This document shows positions 30,933-47,374 of a stretch of DNA of 64,000 nt, piece after piece; position 1 is the first letter of the stretch, and the number at the start of each line of letters is the position of its first letter. Source of the DNA: the human T2T-CHM13v2.0 reference genome, Homo sapiens; assembly GCF_009914755.1 (NCBI RefSeq), contig NC_060931.1, one strand, 5' to 3'. A program made the position numbers and the translations under genes. The notes under the pieces are model-generated. The model had not been told where the DNA came from and searched no databases. It was given only the letters and a program-made list of their open reading frames with translations.

Positions 30933-31814
30933 TTCATTCTGAATATTCTTGACATGGTTGCCTTTTAATGTTCAGTTTTTCAAACAGGAAGTTGAGACTA
31001 GTGTCCCAACTCTAAAGGTGATGCTCGAGGAGGGGAGCAGGTAATAAGCAAAATCTCAGGTAGGTGCAGAGAAGAACTGAGCAGAGCGAGGGCGGTGGTG
31101 TGTGTGACAGGGGCACCATTGTAGGGTGGCAGGAAAGGGCATGAAGGGGTACTTGAGCAGAGACCTTACTGAGGACCGGAAAGGAGACAGCTGAGGGAAA
31201 GGCACTCCAGGAAGAGGGGATACGTTCCAGTTCTTCTGCCAAAAGTAGAGCTTTCCTCCTTAAGGTTCAGACTAGCATTTCCAACTCTCTGTTGTTATCT
31301 CCATGTGGATGTTCCAAAGCCGCTCAAATGCAACCCGTTTAAAATTTCTCTTCTGCTGCAAACCGGTTCCTCTTCCTCATTGCTCTGTTGCTGGTATTGG
31401 TGCCACCCTCTTCCCAGTCACCTAGATACGTGCACTGAGCTCCCAAGTTGTGACCATTTGTCTTCCACAAATGCTCTCCAGTATTTTTTTTTTTTTTTGC
31501 CGCCTCTGCAGTCCAGGCCCTGGATGACTGCTGGGGCCTCCTCATGGGTCTTCCCAACTGCTCCAGCTCTGCCCTTCTTCAGAACTGCGGTGGGTCGTCT
31601 CCCTTCAGCACTCTTTCAGTTAATGCTGTGCTCAAAAAGCTCCAGAGTCTCTCGGAGTAAAGTCAGAAATCCTGAGTCCAGCACCTGAGGCCCCCTCTTC
31701 CTTCCAGTGCTATCTGCCCATGCTCCTCTAAACCCATCTCAGTTTGGATTCTCTGCAGTTTTCTAAAGACATCTCTTCCTTTCCTGTCTTAAGCCTGCTT
31801 CTTCCTCCTACTGA

Positions 31815-32120
<306 letters not shown>

Positions 32121-32562
32121 CAAATGTCACCTTTTTAATGAAGTCTCTCCTGTCAGCTTCCCACCGAGCAGTACTTTCTCTCCCTTTGACCTATACAATT
32201 TAATTTGCACCACAATATTTTTTCTGGAGTTTTTCAATTACAAAAGCAATATAACATTGAAAAATACTTCAAAAAAAAAGAAAAGAGAAGAAAACGTAAG
32301 GACAATCATGCATATTCCCACTTCAACAAGTGAGTTCACATTTGGATATTCTCTTCTAGTCCTTGGTGATATGCATGCATATTTTTACATAATTGTAATC
32401 ACAGTAGACATACAACTTTGATTTGTTTTCACTTCTATCCAACATTTCCCCATCTTTCCAAATAGTCTTTTCAGAGCTGCAGAGAGTTTTAAAAAGAGGT
32501 CAAAATAAAAATCCTTAAGTGATAACATCTCAAGATCGTATCTCCTAGAGTTTACATATAAT

Positions 32563-32864
<302 letters not shown>

Positions 32865-33014
32865 TAGAATTTATTAAACCATCTTATTACTGGACATTTG
32901 GATGGGTTTTATTTTTAGCTATCATAGACTGGAAGCTATTTGAAAGAAAGAAGGATAGATCTTACGTTTTCTTTGTATTCCTAGCATCTGGCAAAATACT
33001 TCAATCAGTATTTA

Positions 33015-33215
<201 letters not shown>

Positions 33216-33326
33216 TCACGACGGACACCTTTAGGCATAACTATTTTTTTCTGTTGAATATTTTCCTAAGGTAAATTTTCCTGAGGTCAATGAGACAAAG
33301 AGCATTAATTTTTTTTGGCACTGTAC

Positions 33327-33815
33327 ATTATGGCAGATTGTATTTTCCAAAAATGGTCACACCAATAAATGTTCCATCTGACGTGCTGTAATGTGGCACA
33401 TTCCTCCATTGAGTGGTAGGGGTCTGTGTTCCTTCCCCTTGACACTGAGCAGTTCTTTGTAGCTGCCTTGACCAACAGAATGCAGTGAAGAAACATGGTA
33501 CTTCCAAAGCTAAGTTATAAATAAAAGGCAATATGCTTCTGCCTCTCTCTCTCTCACTTTCTCATGACACTGGCCCTAGGAACTCAGCCACCATGTTATG
33601 AGGAAGCCCAGGCCCTGTGTGGAGGCCAAGCGTGGGTGTTCTGCCAGTATCTCCAGTTAGGCTCCTAGTCAGTAGCTAGCATCAACTGCCAGACATGTAA
33701 ACCTGCAGACATTGTGGAGCTGACAGACAGGAGCTGTCCCCACTGAGTCCTGTCTGAATTTCTGGTCCAGGGAGAGAGGTACTAAATGGTTATTGTGGTT
33801 TTGGGGTGCTTTGTT
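33327..33815 (+). mobile_element. MLT1G/H-like LTR (ERVL-MaLR)
   Basis: tggcagattgtattttccaaaaatgg, ttgaccaacagaatgc, cagccaccatgttatgaggaagccca motifs. Confidence 0.7.
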
Positions 33816-34613
33816 TAAAGAATTCACGCAGACCATTCAACTGGAAGCAGAGTGTCATACGGAATTTAATTTTGAGATGGAAGCCACGTAACACCTTCTC
33901 AAACCGCCAGGTTTGCGGCCTGGCAGCTTAGGTTCAGATTTCCGTCTGCCAAGTCTTTCCCGAGTCAGGGGACTCCTCAGGCTGTACCGTGGATGACACT
34001 CCTCCCCACTAGGAACACAAGGGGCCTTTCTTCGGAGGTGGAGCTCATTAAGCTGGTGCCTGTATTCTGGGCCAAAACTATCACAGAGCTGCCTGATTCC
34101 AGTCTCCACACCATGTGTTTGAGAAAGAATCATGCCTGGCTGCTGCTCCTGAGAAAACAAGTTTTGCCCCCAGTGGAGCTGATCACCACCTTCTAACTTT
34201 CCTCCTATGGGATGCAGTGCATGAAAGCAGAGTCTGATTCGGGATTGTTATTTTTTCCTTCAAGTTTAGAAATGGGAAAGGAAGGAGACTGTGTTTTCTT
34301 GGTACACCAGAAAGCCCAGCCTTCAGGCTACAAGGGTGCTACTGTCTATGACGGGGCAATGAATGGCCAGGTCTCGGGAAGGGAAGGACAGAGGGAGCAG
34401 GAGGCAGACAAAGCTGGGCTAGCACAGTTGGGGTGGGTGGGTGTCAAGGCCTTGAAGATCTGTAGCTCAGTGTGATCCAAGGACGAGACAGTTGCTTTAC
34501 AGTGCCAAAGGGGCCACTTCCTACTTTTATATGAATTTGCTCTTTTTTCCTTCACCTAAAAGCAGTCCATTCATTATTTTCACTTTGAGCTTCTCAATTA
34601 CCTCTAGGTATGA

Positions 34614-35117
<504 letters not shown>

Positions 35118-36299
35118 TTAGTCCTCCCACTGAATGCTCAGTGCATTGAGGCCAGTGGCTCTTCTAGCCAGACTGATTTTGAAATACTCATTTTGGTTTG
35201 GGGCAGAAAAGGACTTACATACAAATCTCATCCACAGTAGTGCCTGGGACTGTCTGCATGCAAGTTTGCTAAGAAATATCCTCAGGGTCGCTGCTGTCCC
35301 CTGCGGGGTGGCAGGGCTGTGGTGCTGTTCTCCACACCCATCCTGCTGTTAGACTCTCCGTCCTAACTCCCACTGAGGTGCCGCCTCTGTAGAATCCATA
35401 ACCTGTCCCATCCCAGGTCAATGCAGTTCAGTGTGGAAACGTTATTATTGATGAACATCCAGGGATCAAATTATAATGTGGCTCAGAGCTAACGCCTAAC
35501 AATCCTGCACACCCAGCAGAAAGCTACTGGCATACCCAGTGAGATATGGCAGTGTCACTGGGGTCCAAGAGGCATACGTGCTGATTGTACAAAGCCCTCT
35601 CATTCTAACTGGGCAGACAAAGCCTCACATGGGTCCTTCCCTGAAGCCTTCCTGCCAGAGAGCCCAGCCGTGTGCTGCTTATCCTTGAAGACTTTTGACC
35701 TCATCCACGGTCTAGGGACAGCTGTGACTAAAGCCACCCAGAAGGACAGGTAGGCCAGCCAGCCCCTCCCGGCCCCCGCCACTGGTCCCTGCAGCATTTG
35801 GGGCAATGTTGTGCTGTTGTACATAAGTGCAGTGCCCTCACCCCCAGGTTACTAAGGAAGACCCCCAGAAGCACTGGAATGAGTTTCATCATTTTCCTAA
35901 CACCTTTACTTTTCAAGCAGTCCCCCTGCTGCGGCTGTCCAGGCCCAGGAGTGCTTCCTCCTTCTTAGGTCTAGCCACAAAAGGAAAGCCAGTGTGCTTG
36001 GAGGGATCAAAAGGTGTCCTTTGGAGGAGAACGTGAGGCTTTCCCAAAAGGTAGTTTTAGCCATTGACAAGTATACTTGAACAGCAGCACAGCTCAGACT
36101 AGTAAGAAACTCAGTTCTTGTGCAAGGATAAGACAAGACATGAGGACCTACTGTTCGACTAAAAGTCACTTCTGAATCCATTCATGTAGCTGTTGAGTGC
36201 CAAAGGAGGGGCACAGATCTAATCACTCAAGGGGAGAAATGACTGCCATCTGGAGTGGTCAGGACTAGCTCCAAATAGAAGGTTTAATTAGAGGAAGTC

Positions 36300-37100
36300 T
36301 CAATGCAGGGGAAGACAGTAGATTGGGAGGGGGCATCTCCAGAGAGTGATCAGGATGAGCAGGAGGTAGCATAGAGAGAACCCAGCAAGCAGTGAGCAGT
36401 CTGCACTGGCTGGAGCCAAGGGTTTAGGTGCATGAGGCCAGGTTGGGGCCAGATTGTGTGGAGCTTTAAATGTCAGGCTAAGGAATTTATCAGGGGGATG
36501 AAATGATCAAACAGGTGTTCTAGGAAGATGAATTTGAAGAGAATGTGCAGGATGAATTGGAAAATATGGAAGCATGGCAACAATTCGAAGGCTGTGAGAT
36601 TAATTAGGCTGTTGCAGTAGTCCTGTGTGGGTTGATAAGGGTGTAAATGAGCATAGTGGTGGCAGAAATGGAAGAAGTGCAGCTGCAAGAGACATTGTTA
36701 AGAAAGAATGGATGAGGTTTGTTGCCTGATTGGATTGGGGACCCAGGGAGCTCCAGGAATCAAAAGATGACACCAGAATTTTGAGCATCGGTAACTGGTA
36801 GTACAATGAACAGAAAAAGGGATGTAAGTAGAGGGAGCTGATTTGAGCAGATGTGAACGCAGTTCCAGACACGGAGTTCACAGAATATCCAAGCGGAAAT
36901 GTCTGACAGGTAGATGGAAATCAACACTACAGCTCAGGAGAAACATTATGCTTGAAGATGAATTTGGGAGTCAAAGGCAGAGAGGTGATAAATGAAGTGG
37001 AATGAATGAGATCTCTAAGGAAAAGCATATACAGTGAATCAGAGGACCAAAGACTGACCTTTGAGGAATGTGTGCATTTCAATGTGCGCATTTCTATTAC
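36300..37100 (-). mobile_element. L2 fragment
   Basis: Purine-rich L2-like sequence (ttaggctgttgcagtagtcc, gatgacaccagaattttgagc, agatgaatttgggagtc). Confidence 0.65.
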
Positions 37101-37116
37101 AAAGCTGTCTAGAAAG

Positions 37117-37409
37117 GGCTGGGTGTGGTGGCTCATGCCTGTAATCCCAGCACTTTGGGAGGCCGAGATGGGTGGATCATGAGGTCAGGAGTTCAAGACC
37201 AGCCTGGCCAACGTGGTGAAACCCCATCTCTACTAAAAATACAAAAATTTGCCGGGCGTGGTGGCGGGTGCCTGAATCCCAGCTACTCGGGAGGCTGAAG
37301 CAGGAGAATCGCTTGAAACCGCAAGGCAGAGGTTGCAGTGAGCTGAGTGTAGTGAGCTGAGATCATGCCACTGCACTCCAGCCTGGGCAATAACAGTGAA
37401 ACTCCATCT

Positions 37410-37440
<31 letters not shown>
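37117..37440 (+). mobile_element. AluS with A30 tail and small internal duplication
   Basis: Alu consensus; gtgagctgag duplicated. Confidence 0.9.
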
Positions 37441-37442
<2 letters not shown>

Positions 37443-38147
37443 GCCACCCCACATGCTGCGTGTCTTTACTGTTAAAATATAAAATATCAGTGTCAAGTAT
37501 ATTTTAGTTTGAGAAAGAAAGCCACACAACGTAACATTTGTATGTCTCAGTAGAAACTAAATTATAAACACCTAATATGCCTCTAAAAGAAATCTGGCTT
37601 AAGGATGATATTTATAGACAAAGAAAAGGATAAATGATGAAGTGAATGTAATCTAGAAGATTAGTGGATCTGATCCCACAAGAAGTCAAGCAATCAAAGA
37701 AAAACTTGTGACATATATCCTGTAAATAACATTTGATCAGAGATATTAGTAGGCATTTATCCATTTTAACACAAGGACTAAAAAAATTGCCTTATTTGCA
37801 GTGCACTGTCTTCCTGAGGGGTGAATTCAAATGAATCTACCAAAGTATTTTTAATAAAAGCTATATTTAAGTACAAACTGGCTCAAATATTTGGGAAGAA
37901 AAGCTAATATAGGAAAGCTACCCAGAGTACAGTAATCCACACTAGACTTATTAATAGTATGCAAACAAAACATCTTTTTAAGTGTGTATCCCTATGTATA
38001 TATTTACTGTAGACTGTATTTTTTTGATAGTCACTTTAAAAATATAATATTAAAGCTTTGAATTTTTAGACTAAAAGCTATCTAAGTCCTATAAAGAAAA
38101 AAAGACATTTCATCTTATGCATTGTTAAAATGTTTCTCCATGGTGCT

Positions 38148-38153
38148 TTTAAT
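38148..38153 (-). terminator. TMEM209: Candidate TMEM209 poly(A) signal ATTAAA
   Basis: tttaat on + strand; T/GT-rich sequence downstream on the minus strand (~38095-38110). Confidence 0.5.
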
Positions 38154-39180
38154 GAAGTATATGCAACTAGTTTAACAGCATGACAATTGTTATTCCAAGA
38201 CATCTTCAGTAACTTTTGAAATAGCAAATTTAAATTTTAACATGTTCTTATATTTAACATGTTTGATATTTTCTTCTAGAATATCATAGCAAATAAATAT
38301 TCAACATACACCAAAAGTACTTAAAAGAAGCTCCTTTCCTTTGGACATCAACTTTTAAAAACACGAACAACTTTTTGAAAGACAGAATTTACAAATACAG
38401 AACTGTACTGACTTAAATTTGGAATTTACTAATTACTGGGGATACTTTAGTGAGTCTGCATATGTGTATTATTAATACATGTTAAACCATACTGCAGATA
38501 ACAAAAAATATACTTACATTTCTCTTCCAGAGAGTAATGACTGTATTCAAAGTCTGAGGGAATGACAAAACGGGATGCACATCTAACACTGATACACGGT
38601 TCTTCAGAAAAGACTAGTTTCAGCTGTTTCCAGGTTTACATAAGATGATGGAAGCAGTCTCTAATATGTTAATCAAGAAAATATATGCAATTGCCAGCTA
38701 CTACATATACAGAAAATAAAGATGGTGAGTCAAACAAAACATACAAACTTGGTAACTTCTCACCCTCCAGATATTTTGAACATATTTAAAAAATTTGAAG
38801 ATAGGATATCACTGTGATCTTAAAAAGAGAACTTTAAAAATAACACATTATGGAATAGTAAAACTGAGCTGCTAAAACCAAAGTAGTAAACAGTTTTCCT
38901 GATGTCCTCACACTCTTAACTAAAACCCAAATTAAAACTACCAGCTAAATTTAATCTAAGTGTTGACTTTTTAAATGTCAATACTTTCAAACCTCCTTTA
39001 ATAATATTTTAAAATATACATAAACTTAATACATTACTTAAGAGTTAATCTCATTTCTTTGAATGTGGGCTTTGGCCTAACTTGCAGAATGCTGGGGAAA
39101 CATTAAAAAAAAAAAAAAAAAAACTAAATCAGCAATTTTCTTACTTTCTAAGTACTTACACTGTTAAATAAAATAACTGA

Positions 39181-39470
<290 letters not shown>

Positions 39471-39855
39471 GACTGAAAAAAATTTTTTTTTGGTACAAGA
39501 ATCAGGTAGATGATTCTCATTTGGGGGTTACAATGAAAAAAAGACTCAAAATCTATTTCATTAAGGGGAATGGCACTATTTTGAGTCAATAAAAATCCGA
39601 AGGGTTGCAGTTTTGTAGTCAACTGAAATTTCTGAAAAGCGATATAAAATTAAAGGCAATGTCTCGATATAGAAGATACGGGACATATTTTTACAATTAC
39701 ATTTCATAACAGCTACATTTTCTGTTAAATCTAAAGAGTCTGTAACATACACCCATGTGTATTTTATTTCAGAAGAGTCAGTGGCTCAGAGATGTTTAGT
39801 TTCGACTTCTGGTTCAGTGAAATAGTCTAAATGTCAGAATTAAATATATGACTTG

Positions 39856-39910
39856 CTACTCGCCAAAGATCCACAATATATTCACACCAGATAGACCAAG
39901 ATTAACTCTC
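39856..39910 (-). CDS. TMEM209: TMEM209 terminal coding exon ((G)RVNLGLSGVNILWIFGE*)
   Basis: Minus-strand tttatag|G acceptor; TAG at 39856-39858; matches the recalled TMEM209 C-terminus. Confidence 0.95.
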
Positions 39911-41653
39911 CTATAAAGAGAAAAAAAATTTTTATTAGAATTGGTTGCCAAGCATTTAAGGTCTTTTTCTAATAACAAAAAACTTTATGAATAATACATG
40001 TTTAATTGATATTTAATGTGATTCTGCAATGAATTATGTTATACATGGTTTATCAGGTGAATTCCAGTAACAGTAATTACTTTCTTAACTATGCCTAAAA
40101 CCCAAATTTAGAATAAATAGATTTATGGAGTGTTGACAGTTTTTCAGTAAACAAGAACTATTACACCAGGTAATAGCTAACAGAATAATTTTAACAAGCA
40201 AGATTAAAGTAAAAGTATCAATTGTATTTAAAAGATGGAAGATATGGAGATGCTAGCCTCTCAGAGAACTGTATTACTTGATTTGAATTAGGAATTTACT
40301 AACTACTGGGGATACTTTAGTGAGTTTTCATATGTGTATTAGTAATACATTAAATCCTACTACATATAACAACAACAACAAAATACATATACTTCTCTTC
40401 CAGAGAGTAGTATGACTGTATTCAAAGTCTGAGGGAATAAGAGGGCTATAAGAGAAAGAAATTACTCACCTAACAAAATAAAAAAATCAACAGATAATAT
40501 CTGAAACTGAAGAATCAAGAGAGCTGTATACCTCTATTATTTGGAACTATGAGAGTAATAACTGAAGAAAAAGCCACTTGGGGAATACAGTCCACTTCGA
40601 GAAGCAGACTTGGGGAATACAGGGAATTGCTCATTTCTGTCATGAACTTTTAGCCCTCTATGACTTTTAAAATTATAAGAATGTATTAACTTTGATAAAA
40701 AGCTGCCAAAAATGCCTTTCGAAACAGGTAATTTTTATCAACTGTATTTTCCATTTCTTCATACCCTCACTGACACTACAAATAATATCAAATTTGACAG
40801 AAAAAAAAGTTAATTTTGACTTGTTTGTACATGAGTCTAAGCATCTTTTTGTGTTTAGGAGCTGTTTGCACACTTTATGAAGAAATCTTTCATACCTTTG
40901 TCCATTTTTCTAATAAAATCATATATGTTCTTTATATATAACAAATATAAGCTTGGATTTGCTATATTTGCAAACCCAATTACTACTGCTCATATTATAG
41001 CAGAATAATGCTTTCAGTTTGTCATTAACTTTAAACTTTACAGTGTCTTTTCCCAAACAGAACATGTAAGTCACTGTGCAGTCAAGTCTGTCTAGATTTT
41101 TTTTCCTTTTGCAAGTAGAACATTCATCTGATTCCTGTTACTGCACAAATACCTGACATTAAATTGATAATGTATTTGGATCAATCTGTGGGTTTATGGT
41201 CATAAATCCAAATGGACTATATTTGAGCCACTCACTTATTTCTTTTAAGTTATAGGAAAGTTTTTAACTATTTGTTTTAGGATGTATTTGAAAAAATATT
41301 CATGTTCGAAAGGTTAATAATTTCCAAGCTTTTCCCCGAGTTTAAAAACACTAGTTTTAGTCTAAAATGCTTAATTTCCCATATATAAGTTGCTCATTAA
41401 GAGAATATAGCGCTTTAAAAATTGTATCAATTTCTTTTGGCCTTTCAGTAAATTTCATTACATTTCAGTAAATGAAAAAGTGCTGCTCCACTAAGCACTT
41501 TTTCATTTTAAAGCATATGACAGACCGTATATGGCACTCAAACCTCATGCTATCATGACAAACCATTTATGCATCAAAATATCAATTTGGATCCACAGAG
41601 GAAAAGATACATTTTCAATTAGAACCAAAAATTAATTGCTTATTTATATTATA

Positions 41654-41869
41654 CAGGTTAAGCACCTATAATCTGAAAATCCGAAATGCTCCAAAACCCA
41701 AAACTTTTTGAGTGACATCATGATGCTCAAAGGAAATGCTCACTGTAGCATTTGGGGGATTTTTAGATTAGGGATGCTCAGTAATTATTGCAAATATTCC
41801 AAAATCGGAGAAAATCAAATCCGAAACACTCCTGGTTCCAAGCATTTCAGATAAAGAATACTTGACCTG
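41654..41869 (+). mobile_element. Tigger4a/MER46-like TcMar MITE
   Basis: CAGGT...ACCTG terminal inverted repeats, TA target duplication, atccgaaatgctccaaaa and ccaagcatttcagataa motifs. Confidence 0.85.
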
Positions 41870-42360
41870 TATTAACAACATGGAATAATAACAATATGGA
41901 ATTTATATCAAATTCCATATTCCATCTAATATATATGTGTAAGTATATTTATAACCAAACATTCCTAGACATTTTAGGGAAAATTTGACATGGGAGAATG
42001 TCCAAGATATGCCATAAGCCTAAAAATTAGATCATAAAGTACTATGTTTGGATACAATACATTTTTAAGCAAAAGAAACAAAAATAAAGCCAGGTGGAGT
42101 GGCTTATGCCTGTAATCCCAGCACGTTAGAAGGCCAAGGCAGGTAGATCACAGCCTGGGCAATATAGTGAGATACTGTCTCTACACATAATTAGAAATTA
42201 GTTCTAGTTTATACACTGCTGTGTTATTTAAATACTTATCTACTGAGTATGCATTATTTTCATAATTTAAAAATAAAAAACCCTGTTAGTTTAGATGCCT
42301 CAATAAAGTTAGTTTCCTAATCTTTCTTACATTAAAAAATATATGATAAAAGAAGCTAAT

Positions 42361-42618
42361 AGCTGGGTGTGGTGGCTCACACCTGTAATTACAGCACTTT
42401 GGGAGGCCGGGCAGGCGGATCACCTGAGATCAGGAGTTTGAGACCAGCCTGGCCAACATGGAGAAACCCCGTCTCTACCAAAAATACCCGGCATGGTGGC
42501 GGGCATCTGTAGTTCCAGCTACTTGGGAGGCAGAGGTTGCAGTGAGCTGAGATGGTGCCACTGTACTCCGGCCTAGGTGACAGAGCGAGACTCCATCTCA
42601 AAAAAAAAAAAAAAAAAA
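42361..42618 (+). mobile_element. AluS (internally deleted)
   Basis: Alu consensus; aagctaata TSD. Confidence 0.85.
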
Positions 42619-42712
42619 GCTAATAAATGTTCATATTTGTTTACACATTTTTGTTCATGTCTGTTTTAATCTTTACATCCGATATATTTAAGGAGCTTTG
42701 CTTTCTCTAGAG

Positions 42713-43028
42713 CAGTGCTGTCCAATAAAAATACAATATGATATGAACTGCAAATGCAAGCCACATAATTTTAAATTTTCTAGTAGATACCTAATAAACA
42801 GGTGAAATTAATTTTAAGAACATATTTCACTTAACTAAATCTATCCAAACTAGCATTTCAATATGTAACAAATATATACAATTTTTAAGGAGTTATCTTA
42901 CTTTTTGGGGGCTGTGTCTTTGAAATCTGTTACACGTTTTACACTTTAGCGCACCTCAATTTGGTCTAGTCCTGCTTCAAGTGTTCAGTGCCACATGGGG
43001 CTGGTGGCTACTGTGCTGGATGGCACAG
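42713..43028. mobile_element. MER33-like hAT-Charlie DNA transposon
   Basis: cagtgctgtccaata...gccacatggggctggtggctactgtgctgga; tctag-centred flanks. Confidence 0.75.
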
Positions 43029-43803
43029 TTCTAGGACACGTATAAACTCTAAATTACAAACAGGATGCTATCTAAAACTTAAAGACGCATGCATATCGGA
43101 AGTGGAAATGACCACAATCCCTTCTGCTCCAAGCCCATCCCCCCTTTTTTTTTTGCTAGCCTTAGGTTACTTAGTATGGCAGAGCTGGACCCAGAACCCA
43201 GGTTTTCCGACTCCCAGATCAGGCACTACAAATATCCCTAGCTTTAGCTGGGGTCTACTTATTTCATGTGTCATTTGATACACTAAAATTTCTAATCATC
43301 AAAATGACAATACTACAATTTTGAATTTCTTGCAGTATGTGAGCTTTGTTACCAAGTATGTAAACGATTTCAACTGACTACTTTTCCATTCCAGTTAATG
43401 ATATTATGGAACAGGTACCGACTCTGTCTCTCTGGAAGTGTAAACACTTCGCAGAATGCTTTGTGTCTGAAATGAAATGGCTTGGAAAAAAACAGTCTCC
43501 AGATTTTAAAAAAAAAATGTTTTTAAACGGCAAGAGTCTAATTTTTATCTATCTCTGAATTATTCCTCCAGGGAACACAACTATAATGCTAACGATGTAG
43601 TCCACTTGCCTTTTACCAATGGGTTCCGAGGAGTTAGCTAATGGATTGCCCAAAATAGCAGAGGTAGTCTGTGACAGGGCTGAAGCCATTATCTATTGTT
43701 CAATCCATAAACCTTCAGTTACATGCTGCTGCCTTCTGCAGAATCTTAACATAGGAAGAAAATCAGTAAATAACTACTTACGTTTTTAAAGCATAAGTAC
43801 CTA

Positions 43804-43905
<102 letters not shown>

Positions 43906-44123
43906 TTAAACCAAATGAAAAAGATTCAATCTGGTAGGTAAATACATATCTTATCAATTCATATCCTACTAACTCAGAATTCCATATAATTCAGACTTTC
44001 ATTTATTTATTAAACAAAGTACCTACGCTTTGTGCTAGGAAGTGGGAATACTGCAGTGAGTAAGACAGAAAGGATACATGTCAAGGACATAAGGGCCAGT
44101 AGGAAAGGCAGACAGTAAACTAA

Positions 44124-44435
<312 letters not shown>

Positions 44436-45151
44436 TGAGCAGAAAGGTAACATACTGGGGGGTGGGGAGCTGGGGGACTGTGTTTCACACATGGGGAGAA
44501 ACACTTACTAAGGTCTGGAAGAGCCTGGAGAGCTATTCTGAGGTTGGTGCCCCTGTACACTACACATACAAAAATGGTCTATAATGGCATAAACAAGTGT
44601 TGGGATAAAAAAAGCTTTTAGTCATACTTTAAAATATATCAGAATATACTTTAGCATACAAATAACATATTAAATATAAATTTATTTTATCTGCAAGGGA
44701 ATACTAGGCAGCATATTGCTAGCTCTAAAATCAAACTATTATATGTAATTTTTGGTCTGTAAAAACAGCTCCTAATTTAGATTTTCAATTTACAGATTAA
44801 CTTTTCCCCACTTACTCTAATTTAATGTGTTTTTAACTCAAGAATCTGAGAGAATGTATGATTTTTAAAAGATAATGTTTACACTGTAAGAACAAGGAAA
44901 AAAAAACAGATGGTGGTTAAAAAACAAAGATTGGCATGGATATTCACAAGAACTTCAATGGCCCAAAGTATTTACATACAAAGCTAAAATATTAAACTTG
45001 AAGAAATGAAATTAACATCTCTTCCTGAGAATCTGATAGACAGCACAATTTATTATTATAGCCAATGTAAAATTTCTTAGTAAAGATGCTGGTAACAAAA
45101 ATAATTGTAAAGGTTATCAACAGAACTGATGCTTGTAATTAAGAGTAAAAA

Positions 45152-45481
<330 letters not shown>

Positions 45482-45691
45482 TCAAGAGGCTGAGTCAGGA
45501 TTGCTTGAACCCAGGAATGTGATACTAGCCTAAGCAACACAGCAAGACTACCTCAAAAAAAAAGTAAAGCACATTAATGGAAGTATAAATTGATACAATA
45601 ACCTTTATTATAAAGTAATTTGGTAACATGTTATTTTTAAAGTCTTAAAAATATTTTGACCTAGAATTCCACTTTTAGAACTCTGGACTAA

Positions 45692-46001
<310 letters not shown>

Positions 46002-46108
46002 ACCTTTTCAGTAGTATTTATAATAAAAAATAAGAAATACAGAAAATGTACAACAGTAGAGAAATGGTTGAATAAATTATACTAGTGAAGTTTTTTTTAT
46101 AGCCATTA

Positions 46109-46430
<322 letters not shown>

Positions 46431-46994
46431 TTATGAAGATTTTTAATAGTATGGAAAATTATGTTATAAAGCTAATATTTAAAAGCAGATATAAAACTAC
46501 ATAAATAATTTTAGCCCATAAAAAATATAAAGAAAGGGCCAGGTGCACAGGACCAGCCTGAGTAACATGGAGAGACTCTGTCTCTACAAAAAATAAATTG
46601 GCCAGGTATACTAGTACGTGCTTGTAGTCCTAGCTACTTGGGAGGCTGAGGTGGAAGGACTTCTTGAGCCCATGAGTTCAAGGCTACAATGAGCTATGAT
46701 CATGCCACTACACTCCAGCCTGGGTGACAGAGCTAGACTCTGCCTCTAAAAAGAGACATAAGACCAAAATGAAATTTACCAAAAGGCAATATACCAATCA
46801 AAAAATCAACAATGACTGCCTCAGGTAATGGAATGAGTGATTTTCCTTCTTTTTCTTTATACTTTCCCCAAATTAAGCACATATTACTTTTATAGTAAGA
46901 AATATATATGTAGGAAACACATTTCCAATTTAAAAAATTTACTTCTTCTATTAACATGAGATTATAATTTTAAAAACATCATCCAAGCAAATCA

Positions 46995-47159
<165 letters not shown>

Positions 47160-47215
47160 TTAAAAAACCAAACCCCCAGAGATATTTTGTGTGAAAATCT
47201 CAACACATTCTTTTA

Positions 47216-47374
<159 letters not shown>

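Noticed and set aside
40576-40622. 15-bp direct repeat acttggggaatacag with a short spacer
   Set aside because: Only two copies, a local micro-duplication; not a CRISPR-like array (eukaryotic DNA, no cas genes)
43395-43470. ATGATA...CTGA spacing resembling a C/D box snoRNA
   Set aside because: Box C is imperfect, there is no convincing terminal stem, and it is antisense to the host gene TMEM209
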